A DNA stretch of 46,291 bases, the filler included, from Streblomastix strix (lineage: Eukaryota), in assembly GCA_008636045.1 (NCBI GenBank). It is 2 parts of 2 records of this genome, joined end to end, with 100 filler letters (N's around TTAATTAATTAA, not from the genome) between each part and the next. Parts side by side here need not be neighbours in the genome. Positions count along the whole stretch, not along the records: positions 1 to 23,118 come from SNRW01000299.1; positions 23,219 to 46,291 come from SNRW01000300.1. One strand, written 5' to 3'. A program made the position numbers and the translations under genes. Within the stretch, counting starts at the first letter, position 1. Every line of letters begins with the position of its first letter. The notes under the pieces are model-generated. The model had not been told where the DNA came from, did not search any database, and saw only the letters and a list, made by a program, of their open reading frames with translations. Shown one piece after another: positions 12,201-23,743 of this stretch.

Positions 12201-15200
12201 TCATTCATCGGCATTTACTGTTGGCTAAAGATCAATATATTTTGTTGCTGATAATTTGTATATGAATGGTGCAGCTAATTAGCTCTGGGGTAATAGTATC
12301 ATTTTAGTGTGGATGCCAGTTAGATCATTTTTATTTAGGGATAATTTTGACATAATTCCATCTTTCTAATCTAAACGAGTATTTGTACACTTCATAATTT
12401 TTCCATCAATTGTATCTAATATATTTTATTTAGTTATCACATTTTATGACTAATTGATCCCTTTTAATTTAATTATTTCATTTTTGACGTTGATAAAATA
12501 ATTTTTGGTGGATAGTGCTATCATTATATCTCCTTCATTTTCAATCGCTAATCCTAATAACTTCTTTTATTCAATTAGATCGTCAGTTGTTGGAAAATAA
12601 TACTTAGCGTTCGTATCATAAAATTATTGATCAGTGATAATGTGGTTAAACCCCTGATTAATCGGTTAATTGATATTGCCCGCAACTGCGAAGTACATTG
12701 AATCTGAATCCCCTTCAATAAAATGAAACTTATTTTTATCTAAGCTCTTATACATAAAATTAAATATGAAATTAAGATACCAATACTTAGCACTATCTAG
12801 GGTAAAATATGCTTCCTATAATGGTGTTGTACATTTACATTTATCTGTATTATGTTAGACTGCGTATAAATTTTCTGTTAATTAACGTTCATTCATAAAA
12901 TTACCGGTTAAATATGAAATAATTGTGTCCGCTTTTGATCTTAATTTTACATTACTAAACTTCTCTGTATTCATCCCATTTGACCCATAGCTAGCGTTCA
13001 TAACTATTTTACAAAATTAATCTAGCCCCTTATTATTAGATCTAATCGCTTATATTCGCCTATTCATAAATATATTAACAAATATATTAAATTTATCGTA
13101 TTTGATAAATAAAATAAGTTAATTAATATCATCAATTACGAAATCACAGGTATCAATCAAGAACCATAAATAGTAAGAACAGAAGGACATAAATTAATTG
13201 TGAGTGGATAATAATTAAGTTAATTTTCTTTTTTCTTTATCTACCTTTATATTATTATTTTTCATAAAGTTATAGGTATAACTACCAATTGTTTGCTCGT
13301 TAGTAGTGTATGATAAATTTCTCAGGATAGGTGGAAAGTTAATGTGTTGATTAATATCAGATATATGTCCCTTAAGGGTAACGATAAATAATTAATCGGC
13401 CAGAGTATATCTAGTTGGGGAATTAATTATATTTAAACAACGTTATTTATTTTATTCATTAACATTGACCACCTCTTTTACTGTTCCTGCCATAAACAAT
13501 TTATGATTAGTGTACGGATTTAGATGGTGAAATTAACTGCTCATTACAGAAGGATATAATGAGTTAAATCCAGTCCTATAATATTAGTTACAATGTTATC
13601 TGTTTCAATTACTTTCACCTAATCTTCGTAAATTAATTTTTTTATTTTAGATTAGTTGGCAATATTTATTCGATTCATTACATTACTTAATCCACCTGTT
13701 ATCCCATCTCTAAGTGTTTGATATACTTATTAATTATTAGTTGCTGTAGGTAAATTATATTTTTAATAATAATTTTTTAATTATATCAAAAGCTTCATCT
13801 CTTGTTCGTTCCTATTACTTTTGACCTAGTTGCAATATAAACAGCACTATCTAACATAATTCTTAGTATGAGATAAGGAATTATTTATTCGATCTAATGT
13901 GAGCTTATTTTTAAATGAAAATTAATCGGAGCAAATATAACAAGGCTATCTAAATAATTTTTGGAAGTATTTATAGTCATTTTCTTTCATGTTATTATCA
14001 ATAGGTCGATGGGCTAACTTATCTTAGGACATATATCCTTCTACTTTAGCTTTCCAATATTAAGGTGTGAGATAGAATGGTGGATCAAACGTATTGATAC
14101 TATAATCGCCATCTAATTTAAATTCGTTATAGACCATAGAATACTTGACCGAATTAGCACAACTGGCCATCGAGATAAATTAAAACATATCTACTTTATA
14201 TTCAAAGAACAAAATAATTAAATTTTTTATCGGTTCAATCATTAACGACGTATTTAGTATATTATAATGTTTCAAATAATCCCATCTGTTATTGAATTAT
14301 TTGTAATCCTAGAGATAGGTTTAATATTCTTCATCTGTTATGGAACTATTTTTCAACGTGTTATTTAAATCAGATTAATTAAAGGGCGAGGTTTAACATA
14401 ATTATTTTTCATAGTCATCCTCCATTAGTTCGTATGGAAAGAGGCCCTTACTTTATTATTAGTTTGAGAAATTAAGTACAAATTAATTCAATGTCATTGG
14501 TGGTGCAACATATAAGAATGCGTCTAAAAATTTAAGTTTAACTGATAAATTATTGTCTGAAATAATTAACTATTTACAGAATTAAGAAATACCCAAATAT
14601 CTAGTTATTTTCCATTAGCTTGAGGATAGATATGGGAATAATAATGACATATCTAACTTAGCTGAATTATATCCAAGGATAGAAACTTCGATTGAATAGG
14701 GGATAAGTTCATCATCATAATTATTATCGTGTTTAATTTACACTGCTTCTTTAAATATTGTATCTAGCCATAAATTTACGAAGCTATTAGTTCGAATATC
14801 GAAATAAATTGATTTAGTACGTTTAGTTGAATAAATAGTGCTCGCAACAGATAGGGGGATTAATTTTTGATATTAATTTACTATCTTTACCGAAATTAGT
14901 ATTTATTTTTTATTCAAATGTTTCAAAATCATAAGTTATAAAGTATTAAGTTGGCTTAAATTCACTAGTTCTATTATGTGAGAGTAGATAGCGATATGTC
15001 TTATTTTACATGATATGCGGTACGAATGGACGTTGAATGTTATCCAACATAACTTATTTTTTAATTTAACCTTTATTTTGTCTACACTTTTCTATGTGTT
15101 TAACCATGTTCTCTTTAGTGTGTGAATCAACTTGAAAACAATGATTCTAGCAAATTGAGCAAAATAATAGTCCGGTAAGACGTTCTTTATTGGTCACTAG

Positions 15201-16400
15201 TAATGTGTGAATATTGATACCATTTAGTTCCTCAGATTAGATAAGTAATAAATTGATTTCGTTATCTCCTTCAATTGGAAAAGATTGGGCCAAATAATAG
15301 CGAAAAGAACTGTCGTCCTATTCAAAGGAAAATAAATTAACAGATAATTTAAAGTGTTTATGGATTAATTGTGTATCTGTTGCGCAATTGAATCCCTCAA
15401 ATGTTTTAGGATTAAATTTCCCATAAAAGAGAGTACCAATTTCCTTCATCTTATGTAGGACCTAATTATCGCTATATCTTTTTTCCTTACTATCTTTCAA
15501 CTAATATCTGGCAACTGCTTCAAGCACGCAAGTATTAGGATATGGGGAATTAACACATCTCAAACATTAATGTTTTTTGGATAAATGTAGCTTGATATTC
15601 GAAATTAATTTGCCACTGATTGGAAGTATATATGTTATTGCACTCATTGAATAAAGTGCTATATATTTTTCCTTTGTATTGGAAAATTTTCGCTCTTAAA
15701 TAGATATAATTAATGATTCAAAAATTTTTTATATAGTTCAATATCTTATTAATTACGTATTAATATTGGGGCTCTTCTTTCGGTCATTGATTCTCTAGGG
15801 ATAATATATTCTTATGTAATCCTTTCGTTATTATTTTTATTTCTATCTTTCCTCTCATATATGAACCCAAAATCAATGGCTAACTTATATATTTTATTAC
15901 CTATTGAAGCATGAATTGAATCGATGAAATCGTATATATTTAATACACTAGTTATTTAATTACTATAATGAGCTATTGTTATTAGGTTTCGTTCAACGTG
16001 ATTCTAATCTTAATAGTTAGATTTGGCATCATTGAGAACTTTAGTAAATTCTTCTAAATCTGCAGGATGAGCTAATAATAGTACCCCGTCATTAGCCAAC
16101 TTTAATAATTTACGTTAATGTGTTGTTTTAATTTGTTAATTAATTTTCTATAATTGAGGTTAGAATATTTACTATAATTTTGGTTCCAATTACTACTTTA
16201 TCTAGTTAAAATCAATTTTGGTTTATATTGGTTAACGTTGATAAAATTAGTTATCTAATCTAGCGTCAAGGTCAGTTAAAAATTAAGTTAAAATATTATA
16301 ATTGTTTCTTGATCCTTTACGTGGAAAATGATTTTTATCAAGTACCCGCTTTAATTATTACTTCAATTATTACTACGTTTTACTACTTTTTAATTACGGA
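12201..16400 (-). pseudogene. Protein-primed family B DNA polymerase with long N-terminal (terminal-protein) region, frameshifted; start approximate
   Basis: Exo motifs YDFET, ILGYNSAKLD and GLFPYE. Pol motifs LD(F)NSLYPSVM (frameshift inside), KIVMNASYGSNGMN and FIEGDSDSMYFAV. Confidence 0.92.
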
Positions 16401-16548
16401 GATATGATATAAAGTATATTTAATAATTAACCTTATGATAAGACCTTTTATAGTTATAAAAAAATATTTTTATTTTATCTAGGTAAGTTAAAGATAAATG
16501 AACTGGGTTCGCTATTTTCGTAGAGGCTTATTTTACAGGGTAAATTGG

Positions 16549-16610
16549 GGTCACGCTAGAAGGCAGATTGCACTTACCTTTAATTTTTCAAAATTAGTTA
16601 GGAGTTTGGG
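16549..16610 (+). repeat. Dispersed ~60-bp viral intergenic motif, copy E (subterminal, diverged)
   Basis: GGTCACGCTAGAAGGCAGATTGCACTTACC...TTTCAAAATTAGTTAGGAGTTTG. Confidence 0.7.
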
Positions 16611-16660
16611 GAAGAGCTAATTGCTACGCTAACTTCAGGTAGTTATTATTCAGAGAGAAA

Positions 16661-17071
16661 AGTAGTATAGTCACGGGAAAGTTGCTTCATTTAAAGTTAA
16701 ATTAATGGGCTAACTTATCCATTAAGGCCTTAAAAGCGTGCTAAAATAAAGGAAAAGAACTGATTCTTGATTAATTTGACCTTTATCTCCACATTATTCC
16801 TCTCTCTGCTTGGAGTTACGACAATAATACATTTCTCCCCATAAAATAACGTGAAATGGAGATAAAGATAAAATTAGCGGCGATTTTGGGTAAAACAATG
16901 GGAAAAACATTTCATAAAATAATTTACTACAGGAAATAAATAAAAACATAGGTCAAATTATTCAAGAATCAGTTCTTTTCCTTTATTTTAACACACTTTT
17001 GAGGCCTTAATGGATAAGTTAGCCCGTTAATTTAACTTTAAATGAAGCAACTTTCCCGAGACTATACAACT
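16661..17071. repeat. Large inverted repeat with ~120-bp arms (16661-16782 and 16950-17071) at the virus end
   Basis: Arms are reverse complements with roughly 7 mismatches. The spacer has a further CTTTATCTCCA/TGGAGATAAAG pair. Confidence 0.9.
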
Positions 17072-18035
17072 CAGGTTAGCACTTAACATCAAGTAATCAG
17101 CGAGAAACGGCTGCCGAAATAATGAGTTTGAGAGCTTTCACACAAGAAATATAGACTAACGTGACTCAGTACCTCAATCTACTGACAGATAATATGACTG
17201 TGATGTATTGCCTAAGAAAATGGAAAGCATGGAAACCCCTTTTTCATCTGGTTAGAATAATAGTATAAATATTCGAGGAGCTCAAGATAAGTTTAATAGT
17301 ATCTCACATCATTGGTCTGAACAATTCCCGAGCGGACTCTCTCAGTCGTCTAGCATGGTCCGGGGACTATATGTTGGATCCAATTATTAATCCGGAGGCT
17401 CTAAACACTTTCAAATTCTCTTCTACTTTGAATTGAATCTCTAATAGTACAAATAAACAATTGAAAAGGTATTGTTCCTTATCCTCGGATCACAACGCTA
17501 TAAAAGTTAATGCGTACACTATAAATTTGCGTCTAGAACCGGTCTTGATTCACCATCCGATTAATTAGATCCCGAAAGTTATCAACAAAATAACTAGAAA
17601 TCTTGCGAATGCCTTACTAATAATACCGGATTGGTGTAGGATTAGGTACTAACTATTAATAACAAATGTATCGAAGGAATTGAACCTAGGCCCATCACTT
17701 CAAGTACTTGTCCCAAGTAAGAGAATGCAGAACAACTATTTGTAGAAGTTACCTCCAGGAAACATCTTGGAACTACTAATGATAAGTCAGTGAACGGTGA
17801 AATTCTGTATGTCAATCTCCTGCATCTTGCTGGATTAACAGATGACGCTATTTTTCAGACTCTATGCACAATATCATTCGAAACTTGGAGGAAAAGAAGG
17901 ACAGCATTAACAAATTTAGTGGACTACATTGAAACAAATCTTATTGATATTGAACTATTACTAGGTGAATCTCCTGATATTCAAATTGTGAATGTACTCG
18001 TCAAATATTTAACCAATTTTTTGAACGACTACATT
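17072..18035 (+). mobile_element. DIRS-like tyrosine-recombinase retrotransposon fragment (RNase H, methyltransferase-like domain, start of next ORF)
   Basis: SSNQRETAA...LLTDNMTVMYCL...SHIIGLNNSRADSLSRL (RNase H), then RYCSL...LIHHPINQIPKVINKI...LIIPDW to TGA 17793. The overlapping ORF ...FETWRKRRTAL... is truncated. Confidence 0.85.
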
Positions 18036-18480
18036 CCCAATAAAGAAATAGAGGCTGTAATAAGGGTGAATGGGCTAAGCGAAACCCAGAGAGAAATGAT
18101 TTAGTTTTACTATTACCCAGAACCCTTCTTACAGCCTTCATTTTTATTATTCAATCAAATAAATCTAACTCGAACATTAATAAACAAATTTATTTCAATT
18201 ACTTCATTTTATTAATTTAACTCTCTTCATACACAACAACCCAGTTCCTTAACCCTTTGCAGCGAAGTTGTAGCCGAGTATGAGACGTCCGGATCAGACT
18301 CACTCAACTTTCTCAGCGATGAAACCGAAGATGAAACTCGGTCGCTCTGAAGCAGCAGGGATGTTTTGGCTATGTCGCAAAACGTTTAAAGCACTTCATC
18401 GCTTTTTGATACCAATTTTGTTTTGATTCTGGACCCATTAACAGCCACTATATTCCCAATAAAGAAATAAAGGCTGTAAA
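18033..18480 (+). repeat. ~28-bp direct repeat (about 18033-18060 and 18452-18479)
   Basis: ATTCCCAATAAAGAAATA(G/A)AGGCTGTAA occurs twice. Confidence 0.75.
18226..18460 (-). pseudogene. Orphan 3' fragment of a host-like helical protein gene
   Basis: GC-richer patch reading IGNIVAVNGSRIKTKLVSKSDEVLQTFCDIAK...RVKELGCCV*; no start seen. Confidence 0.3.
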
Positions 18481-19249
18481 AAAGAGTTTTGGGTAATATT
18501 AATAACCATCAATTTTTTTATTAAATGGAAATATAATTCAAAAATAAATGAAAAATTGAAAAATATATTATTTACAAATGATAATTTTTATTAGAATATA
18601 ATATTAATATAAATTTGAAAATTTAAAATAAATTTTAATTGAAATTTGAAAAAATTGGATGATTTCTGATAGAGCCGTTTCTTCTAAACTAGCGCAAAAT
18701 TTTTAAATATATAATAAAGCATATTTTAAAAAACAAAGCATGATGTGCAGAGTAAACGTACTCCTTTGAAATCGTTTCTACTAAAGGAGCCACAATCTAA
18801 TTAATAATAAGTAAAACGATAAATAGATGTTAAAGTATATTATTATAAGATAAATTAACAATAAATTTGTGCCATTTAGTAGTTTAGGTAAAGTTAGAGA
18901 AAAACTGAATACGGTATTGGATAAACTAGCTTTAATTTGGAAATCAACCTCTACAGTTAGAAAATTTTCTCAACAAGATTCATCTTTATAGATATGAAAT
19001 AAAATGTATTTACAACATCAGAAACGATCGAGAGGCATGCTCTGACATTTAGGTCAGTCTTTTTATCCCAATTGGAGCGTTATTTCGTCATCATTGTTCG
19101 ATGAATCGTAGAACCTGTATAATATTCGTCGACTCCGGCTAATATGATAAGACTAATGAGTTATTTTCCACAGAAGTAAGGTCTGACTTCATTACTATTT
19201 AATAAATTGAGTCACAATGAATTTTCATTTTTTTAGATATCTTTCTTTA

Positions 19250-19800
19250 CTACCAGCTGTGCATTGAGTGCCTAAACAAGATAGCATTTGCTTTTGCATT
19301 TCTTAAATCTTACTGTTTTTTCATCAATCTTACTGTTTTTGCAAGTCTCTGTTCTTAAGTTAAACTCAATATTTGTAAGTCTAATGTCTTCGAGTCTTAG
19401 TTTATATAGTTCTACTGTTCAAGAAACTGTGTAAGCAACTATTAAATCTATGACTATTTCTTAGATATTATTGAAAGTCATAAATATATTAGTCCTAATA
19501 TAAAAATGAGAATAATTTCAAGATGTTAAATGATATTGAGCCTCAGATTGCTCGATGAAGTAAGATGTTCAACAAACGTGAAGTCGCATATTTGTGGAAA
19601 TAAACTGACGTTTGTCGTCTTAGAAAATTAACTTTGTGTAATAGTTTCGTATATTTTCATGCTTTATGTTTATTATGAATCATTATAGTTCTTTTAATCT
19701 TTAGCCCAATTCAAGGCAAGTATTAGCACAACATTAGGACAATTACTAATTAATCTAATAATTGGGATGAAACATATCTTGAGATTATCGTCTTAAATGG
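19250..19800 (-). pseudogene. Possible degenerate Mutator-like transposase remnant
   Basis: Fragments CPNVVLIL and SYFIEQ...TS*NYSHFYIRTN loosely recall the MULE YF..W..WN..RTNN region. Heavily decayed. Confidence 0.25.
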
Positions 19801-19918
19801 CATGACTTGCACTCTACTTTCGTAAAAATTTTTAATTCAAAGCTTGATATCAAATTTTTGATAGTTCCAAATACAAATCATTTTGCAGAGGTAATTTTGA
19901 TGTTTAAATGTTCTCTTC

Positions 19919-20647
19919 TCATATTCTTATCTCAATTATTGCAATAATATTTATTATAAGTAGATTATACACAAATCTGTCCATATCTGGAAATTCCAAT
20001 TCCAACTGAGACGGTCCAAGATCTATTTGATTGAATATTCTCAAGATTAGTCATCTGGATTAATTGATGCGCTAATGAGGGAGAATTAGAAGAGCATCTA
20101 TTTATTTTTTATTTATCTTATTGAGATCTCGAAGAATCATCTCCATTAGGCAGCGGATCAAATATCTTTTGCTTGTCAAAATAAACGAAATTGCATTTCT
20201 TTTTACTGCTTTTCGGTTTAACTAAGGATAAGAATACTTTTCGAGTCGATTTTTTGTTAAAGATGTGAAGAGATCAAATGATGATACAAATTTCTATAAT
20301 GTTGTTGTTTAGCTGAGAATTAAAAATTTTATTGAGTAATCTCTTATACTTTCTTTTTACTGTTCAGCTTTTAATCTTCTTCTTTCATCTAAAATACGTC
20401 TTCTCTCATCCTCATCCCTTTTTCTTTTCCTTCTCGCTCGTTTCCTCTTTCTCAATTTTCGTTTTCTTTCTCTCCTAAGTACCTTCTTTCTATGTTTTCT
20501 GCCTTCCTCCGAGGTATCCGTTAAGTCATCGACGTCTTTACTTGTACGCACCACCTCATTTAGCATAAAAATAATCTGTGGTTGCTGTTAGTTTCCTTCC
20601 TTAATCCTCGCACTATCCAATTCAAGAGGTTCTGGTTTTTCCTCCAT
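19919..20647 (-). pseudogene. R/K-rich ORF running into a decayed DIRS methyltransferase-like segment
   Basis: MEEKPEPL...RRERKRKLRKRKRARRK...ILRDLNKINKKQIDALLILP...IDLGPSQ; the last part parallels the 17540-17720 segment. Confidence 0.45.
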
Positions 20648-21155
20648 TGCACAATTATTTCGCAAATATCTTAAAGAATAAAAATAATAAAATAAATAAT
20701 TATATTACAAGATGAAAATTATATTTATTTAATTTAGATATCAGATGCTCCCAAACAAGAATAATTGGAACAATCAATTACATATTTTTGAATATGTTTA
20801 AAATGTATATTTATCGGTGATTATATAAGTATTTATGTTTATTTATTTTTTTTAAATAAATTATAAGAAATAAAATTAAATTGAGTTTTTTTTTCTAAAC
20901 TCATTAGAATTAATCTATGATTTAGATTTAACTCTCAATCGATTAAAATTTTTGTTTGTTTGATAGAATCTCTCAAATAAATTCAAAACAACATATAATG
21001 AAAAAATTTATCTCTTAACTATATTCTTTTAAAAAAGTGAAAAATAAAATAATTTTATTTAGATGATTTGATTTTCTAATTGAAGAATTTGATTTTTATA
21101 CAAAATTTTAAATTAATGGGGTTTAATAAAATTTTTAACTATGCAATGTCAAATA

Positions 21156-22614
21156 CGCCCAATTGCCTGTTTCCGAAGGGGGCATTGGGGGCATTTGTTC
21201 AAATCGGTTTGTAATATTTATTTCTACAAATATCAACGAATCAAAGATTATTGAAAAGGTCCTGTTTGAAAACTGTAATTTTTCGCAATAAAAGTTTCTA
21301 AGTAGTTTAGCAAAGCAAACTGTCACTTATTCAGAAAATAAACATTTTAATAATTAAATTCATTGCTCATTATATATAATTTAATATAATAAATTAAATA
21401 TTATAGCGTTATTTAATAAATACGCTTTATTCGCCAACAAAATCATTTTCATATCTAATATATGATTTATCTTAATAATTATGTTGCATAATATATATTT
21501 CCTGTAATTTTACACTTGAAACATTCATAACACACCTATATAAATACATTTCTTTTCTTATTTCAGATCAACACTAACATCTGGAATGAATCAATCAATT
21601 TGTTTATGTACATACATGACTGCTCCATCATAACAGTGAATTTCATTATTAACTACTCAAATATTTAGAGATACTATTAGCTAGCAAAGTTTCTCGCTCT
21701 AACTGCGATTTCATCGTTTATATTGTATGCTATACTCTCTTTAAAATATTTTATTTTATAAGTTTATTTATTTTTGAACTATTAATTACTAAAATATAAT
21801 AATTTAGTTTTACTTGATAGATATTTTTAAAGATTTACGGAACACGATCGTGTTCCACTAAATCAACTTTAAACAGCAAAAATTAGGTTTGTATTCACTT
21901 TATAGTTTGATTTCTTTAAAATAATTAACTTATGAACATTATTAAAGTGTGGCTTAGATAAATGGCATCTAAAGTTGAACAATATTTAATTCCAGTAATT
22001 CTCGCGCTGGATGATTGTTAGAACACAATGCATGTTTTCATTATTTATTTATTTTGATTTATTTCATTTAATATTATTTTTTATCTATTTTTATAGAATG
22101 AAGTGAGGAGTAGTTTTCAGACTTGAATTTTGAAAAATCTAAAAATTCATATGGTATTCGAGTTCAAATTTAAATTCTAATCTCATTTTGTAGTATAACT
22201 TTTTATTGAAATGAAAATAGAGTAAAAACGAAAGCTAGTTTCACACTAATACCGAAGAAAAATATGATACAATCTTCTAATAAAATAAACTCAGATTCCA
22301 GTATCGACTTTCTGTATAGCATAAGTGTCCGACTGAACGATATATGTTAGCTATATTGCGAAGAATATCTCCTCATATTCAAAACTTAAGCCCCCTTCCG
22401 ATTACGTCCAATGTGCTTACATTTAAAAAATAGTCTTTATCTCACATCATACTGCCACATCACTTATATTCTAATATGTACAATGTCAGACCAATATAGT
22501 ACTATATATACAAAAAATTAGATAAATTGTATGTTTAGTTTTTAAATTATGGTTAGTTTAAGTCAATGCCCTAATGCCCTAAAATTATTAGGCGGTGCCC
22601 TAGGGGGCTGGGCG
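21156..22614. mobile_element. Putative decayed DNA transposon with imperfect GC-rich TIRs, flanked by TA
   Basis: Left TA-CGCCCA...GGGGCATTGGGGGCATT; right AATGCCCTAATGCCC...TGGGCG-TA. No intact transposase. Confidence 0.5.
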
Positions 22615-22742
22615 TAATAAACATTCCATATTTTTAACTTAATCTATAAAAAGGCTTGTATGAATAAAATTGATAATATATTTGTGATAACAATTTTTAA
22701 GGTTAATATTGATGAAATTAGAATAAAATTTTATGATTTAGA

Positions 22743-23058
22743 TGAAATTTGAGGATTTTTTTGTTGCTAACAATCAATTTCCTTGCAAATAATAATCATT
22801 TATTATACAATTCAAGTATTAAACTATATTATATATACGTATTTATTAGATACATATGTCCGATCTCTCATCTTATAATATTAAAGGATCTTTGAATGGA
22901 TTAGGAACTGAAATTCTAAGTGAAGTAGCTCGTGAAATGATTGATATAAATAATCTTAAAAATGTATGAAAATTATATTTATTTAATTTAGATATCAGAT
23001 GCTCCCAAACAAGAATAATTGGAACAATCAATTACATTTTTTTGAATATGTTTAAAAT
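22743..23058 (+). pseudogene. Multi-exon gene fragment next to the assembly gap
   Basis: Short exons bounded by GT..AG, e.g. DLSSYNIKGSLNGLGTEILSEVAREMIDINNLKN|ISDAPKQEQLEQSITFFLNMFK. Confidence 0.35.
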
Positions 23059-23118
23059 GTATATATATTGTTGATAATTAATAAAAGAATATAATCAAAA
23101 TTGCATCATTGCTTGAAA

Positions 23119-23218
23119 NNNNNNNNNNNNNNNNNNNNNNNNNNNNNNNNNNNNNNNNNNNNTTAATTAATTAANNNNNNNNNNNNNNNNNNNNNNNNNN
23201 NNNNNNNNNNNNNNNNNN
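23119..23218. other. Artificial 100-nt contig linker (N run with TTAATTAATTAA)
   Basis: 44 N, TTAATTAATTAA (23163-23174), 44 N. The two sides need not be adjacent in the genome. Confidence 0.95.
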
Positions 23219-23743
23219 ATCTCTTATGTTCTGTGTGTTGCTTAAGTGAGAAGCAGGCTTGCTTTTCATTCATCAAAAAAAAATTGCTTCCTATGCGCCA
23301 GATCGCTTGATTTGAAGCATTTAAGCGTTTCCGTTCATATTGCCCATATGCTATATACTCACAATTCTTGGGGTGATAATTGAGATATTATATTCTTGAT
23401 ATATGCTCCTGCCTATTCTAATTTTAAACCGAGTTTTTCTTGTTTATTACACTTCTTTAATATCTTTCATCTATATTTCTTATTTTGTACCCATATTTTG
23501 CGTATTATTTTCTACTTTATATCTATAAATAACTCTTTTATTAACGACTTATTATTACTATTATTATTTTTAAAAAATTTGAAAATTTCTCTTTAACTGA
23601 ACTGAAATCATACCTCATTCTTTTATTTATCAAAATAATCTATTCGAAACATTTTTTCTTCATTCTTCTTATAATTATTCCATTTCATCTTTAATTTTTG
23701 ATTTTATTTTTTCCATTTTTATAATAAATTTTGCAAATTTAAG

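Larger units (their letters stand above)
1..17071. mobile_element. Endogenous Polinton/Maverick-like dsDNA virus, left end outside the window, partly pseudogenised
   Basis: Intronless, dense cluster of integrase, penton, A32 ATPase, major capsid and pPolB read with TAR=Gln. The right end is a palindrome bounded by AGTAGT...ACAACT. Several genes are frameshifted. Confidence 0.93.
20712..23070 (+). repeat. ~100-bp direct repeat (about 20712-20810 and 22966-23064) containing a duplicated exon
   Basis: ATGAAAATTATATTTATTTAATTTAG|ATATCAGATGCTCCCAAACAAGAA...TTTAAAAT|GTATAT is near-identical at both sites. Confidence 0.85.

Noticed and set aside
5209..16610. Dispersed 60-bp repeats as a CRISPR array
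   Set aside because: Kilobase and irregular spacing, mixed orientation, no cas genes, eukaryotic context.
17434..17436. In-frame TGA in the DIRS fragment as support for TGA=Trp
   Set aside because: It falls in a decayed xDxFA-type motif where Trp is not expected, so it is likely ordinary mutation.
23163..23174. TTAATTAATTAA palindrome
   Set aside because: Artificial six-frame-stop spacer centred in an N run, not biological.
23219..23716. Minus-strand ORF MEKIKSKIKDEMEQLQEE*RK... with four TGAs
   Set aside because: With all stops allowed any frame is open. No recognisable homology and ambiguous splicing, so it was not used as evidence.
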